From: a virus
Lineage: Duplodnaviria > Caudoviricetes
Strand: one strand, 5' to 3'
IMG/VR virus record: IMGVR_UViG_3300033121_001033
Location: 8,462-72,461 of that record
Length of the DNA: 64,000 bases
Of this stretch, positions 63,200-64,000 are shown one piece after another (positions within the stretch are counted from its first letter, which is position 1; each line of letters opens with the position of its first letter). The notes beneath the pieces were generated by a model. That model saw only the letters and a list, made by a program, of their open reading frames with translations. It did not search any database and had not been told where the DNA came from. The translations under genes were made by a program, and so were the position numbers.

Positions 63200-63730
63200 A
63201 TGGAAAAGCCCCAAGATACTTTTACCGTCGAAGATATTTCCTCAATGTTTGGTGTTACGCATTTCAACGATTTCATGGATGATGCTTTCACGGATGTTTT
63301 CTGCGAAGCTCGCCAGGCTGCTTTGCGAGATAATCCCAATCTCCATGAGGATGATGCGGACGATGCTGGCATAAATGCTGAAAGTGATGCTAGAATCGAG
63401 TCTTACAATAAATGGGAGCGAGCCTTCCTTTCCGCCGTCGATTCTTTGATGAAGGATCATGGTCTCGTCTTTCATCGCCTTAAGAGTAAGGGTAATCGTC
63501 GGAAGTTTAAGGTTAAGCCCATTAAGTCATGGGCTGATGCCTTGGAGAAGATCCGAGAGACGATTAACGGAATGGGTCCATTTTACTTCGGTAGCATTAA
63601 GGAAGTTTGCGATTCGATTCCGTGCTCTGTTCGTCAAGGTGTTTTGCACCATATCGGCTGGATTGCCGATGCCCCCAAGGTTTACGGGTCGTCCAGTGTC
63701 GAGTATATGATGCGGCATTGGGATCGATGA
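63200..63730 (+). CDS. Hypothetical protein with acidic N-terminal half
   Basis: 176-aa ORF downstream of unit 8. Confidence 0.6.
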   Translation: MEKPQDTFTVEDISSMFGVTHFNDFMDDAFTDVFCEARQAALRDNPNLHEDDADDAGINAESDARIESYNKWERAFLSAVDSLMKDHGLVFHRLKSKGNRRKFKVKPIKSWADALEKIRETINGMGPFYFGSIKEVCDSIPCSVRQGVLHHIGWIADAPKVYGSSSVEYMMRHWDR

Positions 63731-63769
63731 TAATCTAAACTCCAAAGATTAAATCAGGGAGATAATAAA

Positions 63770-64000
63770 ATGCAGTTTCGCGCGCCCGCCGGTAAGATGA
63801 AGGCTAAGAAGGCTCGTGTTATCGAGGGCCGGAAGATTCGACGCGAGACGGGTTTGCCTCTCCCGATTGCGATGGGAATCGCGAAGCTTAAGATTCGCGG
63901 GCTTTACTGGGAAGCTAAAGAAAAGTTTCCCGGCATTGTTGTCGAACGGATTTTTTGCGAGTGCTGCGGAACTGAAATGCAGGTTATTGGACCGAAGGGT
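63770..64000 (+). CDS. Basic hypothetical protein (partial, runs off window end)
   Basis: MQFRAPAGKMKAKKARV...CECCG; GGGAG SD. Confidence 0.55.
   Translation, partial: MQFRAPAGKMKAKKARVIEGRKIRRETGLPLPIAMGIAKLKIRGLYWEAKEKFPGIVVERIFCECCGTEMQVIGPKG

Noticed and set aside
58989-63745. Long antisense or alternate-frame ORFs in the GC-rich region (58989, 61060, N-terminal part of 61199, 62291, 62664, 63527 etc.)
   Set aside because: Expected from higher GC; they cross terminators and promoter units and lack SDs, whereas the short plus-strand genes have SDs
1-64000. Alternative genetic code (TAG/TGA recoding)
   Set aside because: Long conserved genes (terL, gyrA, gyrB, dnaG) are intact under code 11 and end at TAG, TGA or TAA at the expected positions

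Overview
A 64-kb segment of a large tailed dsDNA bacteriophage, probably myovirus-like and possibly jumbo. It uses the standard genetic code and AGGAG-type Shine-Dalgarno sites. I found no integrase, CRISPR array or reverse transcriptase. Layout: (i) 1-3.6 kb, leftward virion/tail genes (two fibre-like proteins and a contractile-tail tube-initiator-like protein). (ii) 3.6-42.7 kb, a mostly leftward replication, recombination, packaging and accessory arm: family-4 UDG-like, RuvC, Cas4-like, Hjc-like, RecA, three SF2 helicases, site-2 protease, PhoH, SSB, intein-containing primase, DnaB, TerL with two inteins, MazG, peptide deformylase, vWA/MoxR/ATP-grasp and thioredoxin. Rightward inserts here are a collagen/C1q-like fibre cassette, a metallophosphoesterase and a sigma54-type-promoter Hsp20; there is also one atypical tRNA(CAT). 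(iii) 42.8-58.3 kb, a very AT-rich rightward arm with RNase HII and GyrB/GyrA set among 24 of the window's 26 paralogous small 'DP-motif' genes, plus three GNAT-like paralogs. (iv) From about 58.7 kb, an abruptly GC-richer region of small genes built from repeating units of hairpin + TAGCGG(G)C + TGATGnTA. The strongest candidates for undescribed biology are the DP-motif expansion with its interspersed GNAT-like genes and boundary motif, and the modular hairpin/promoter cassette array. All family calls come from recognising motifs by eye; no searches were run.
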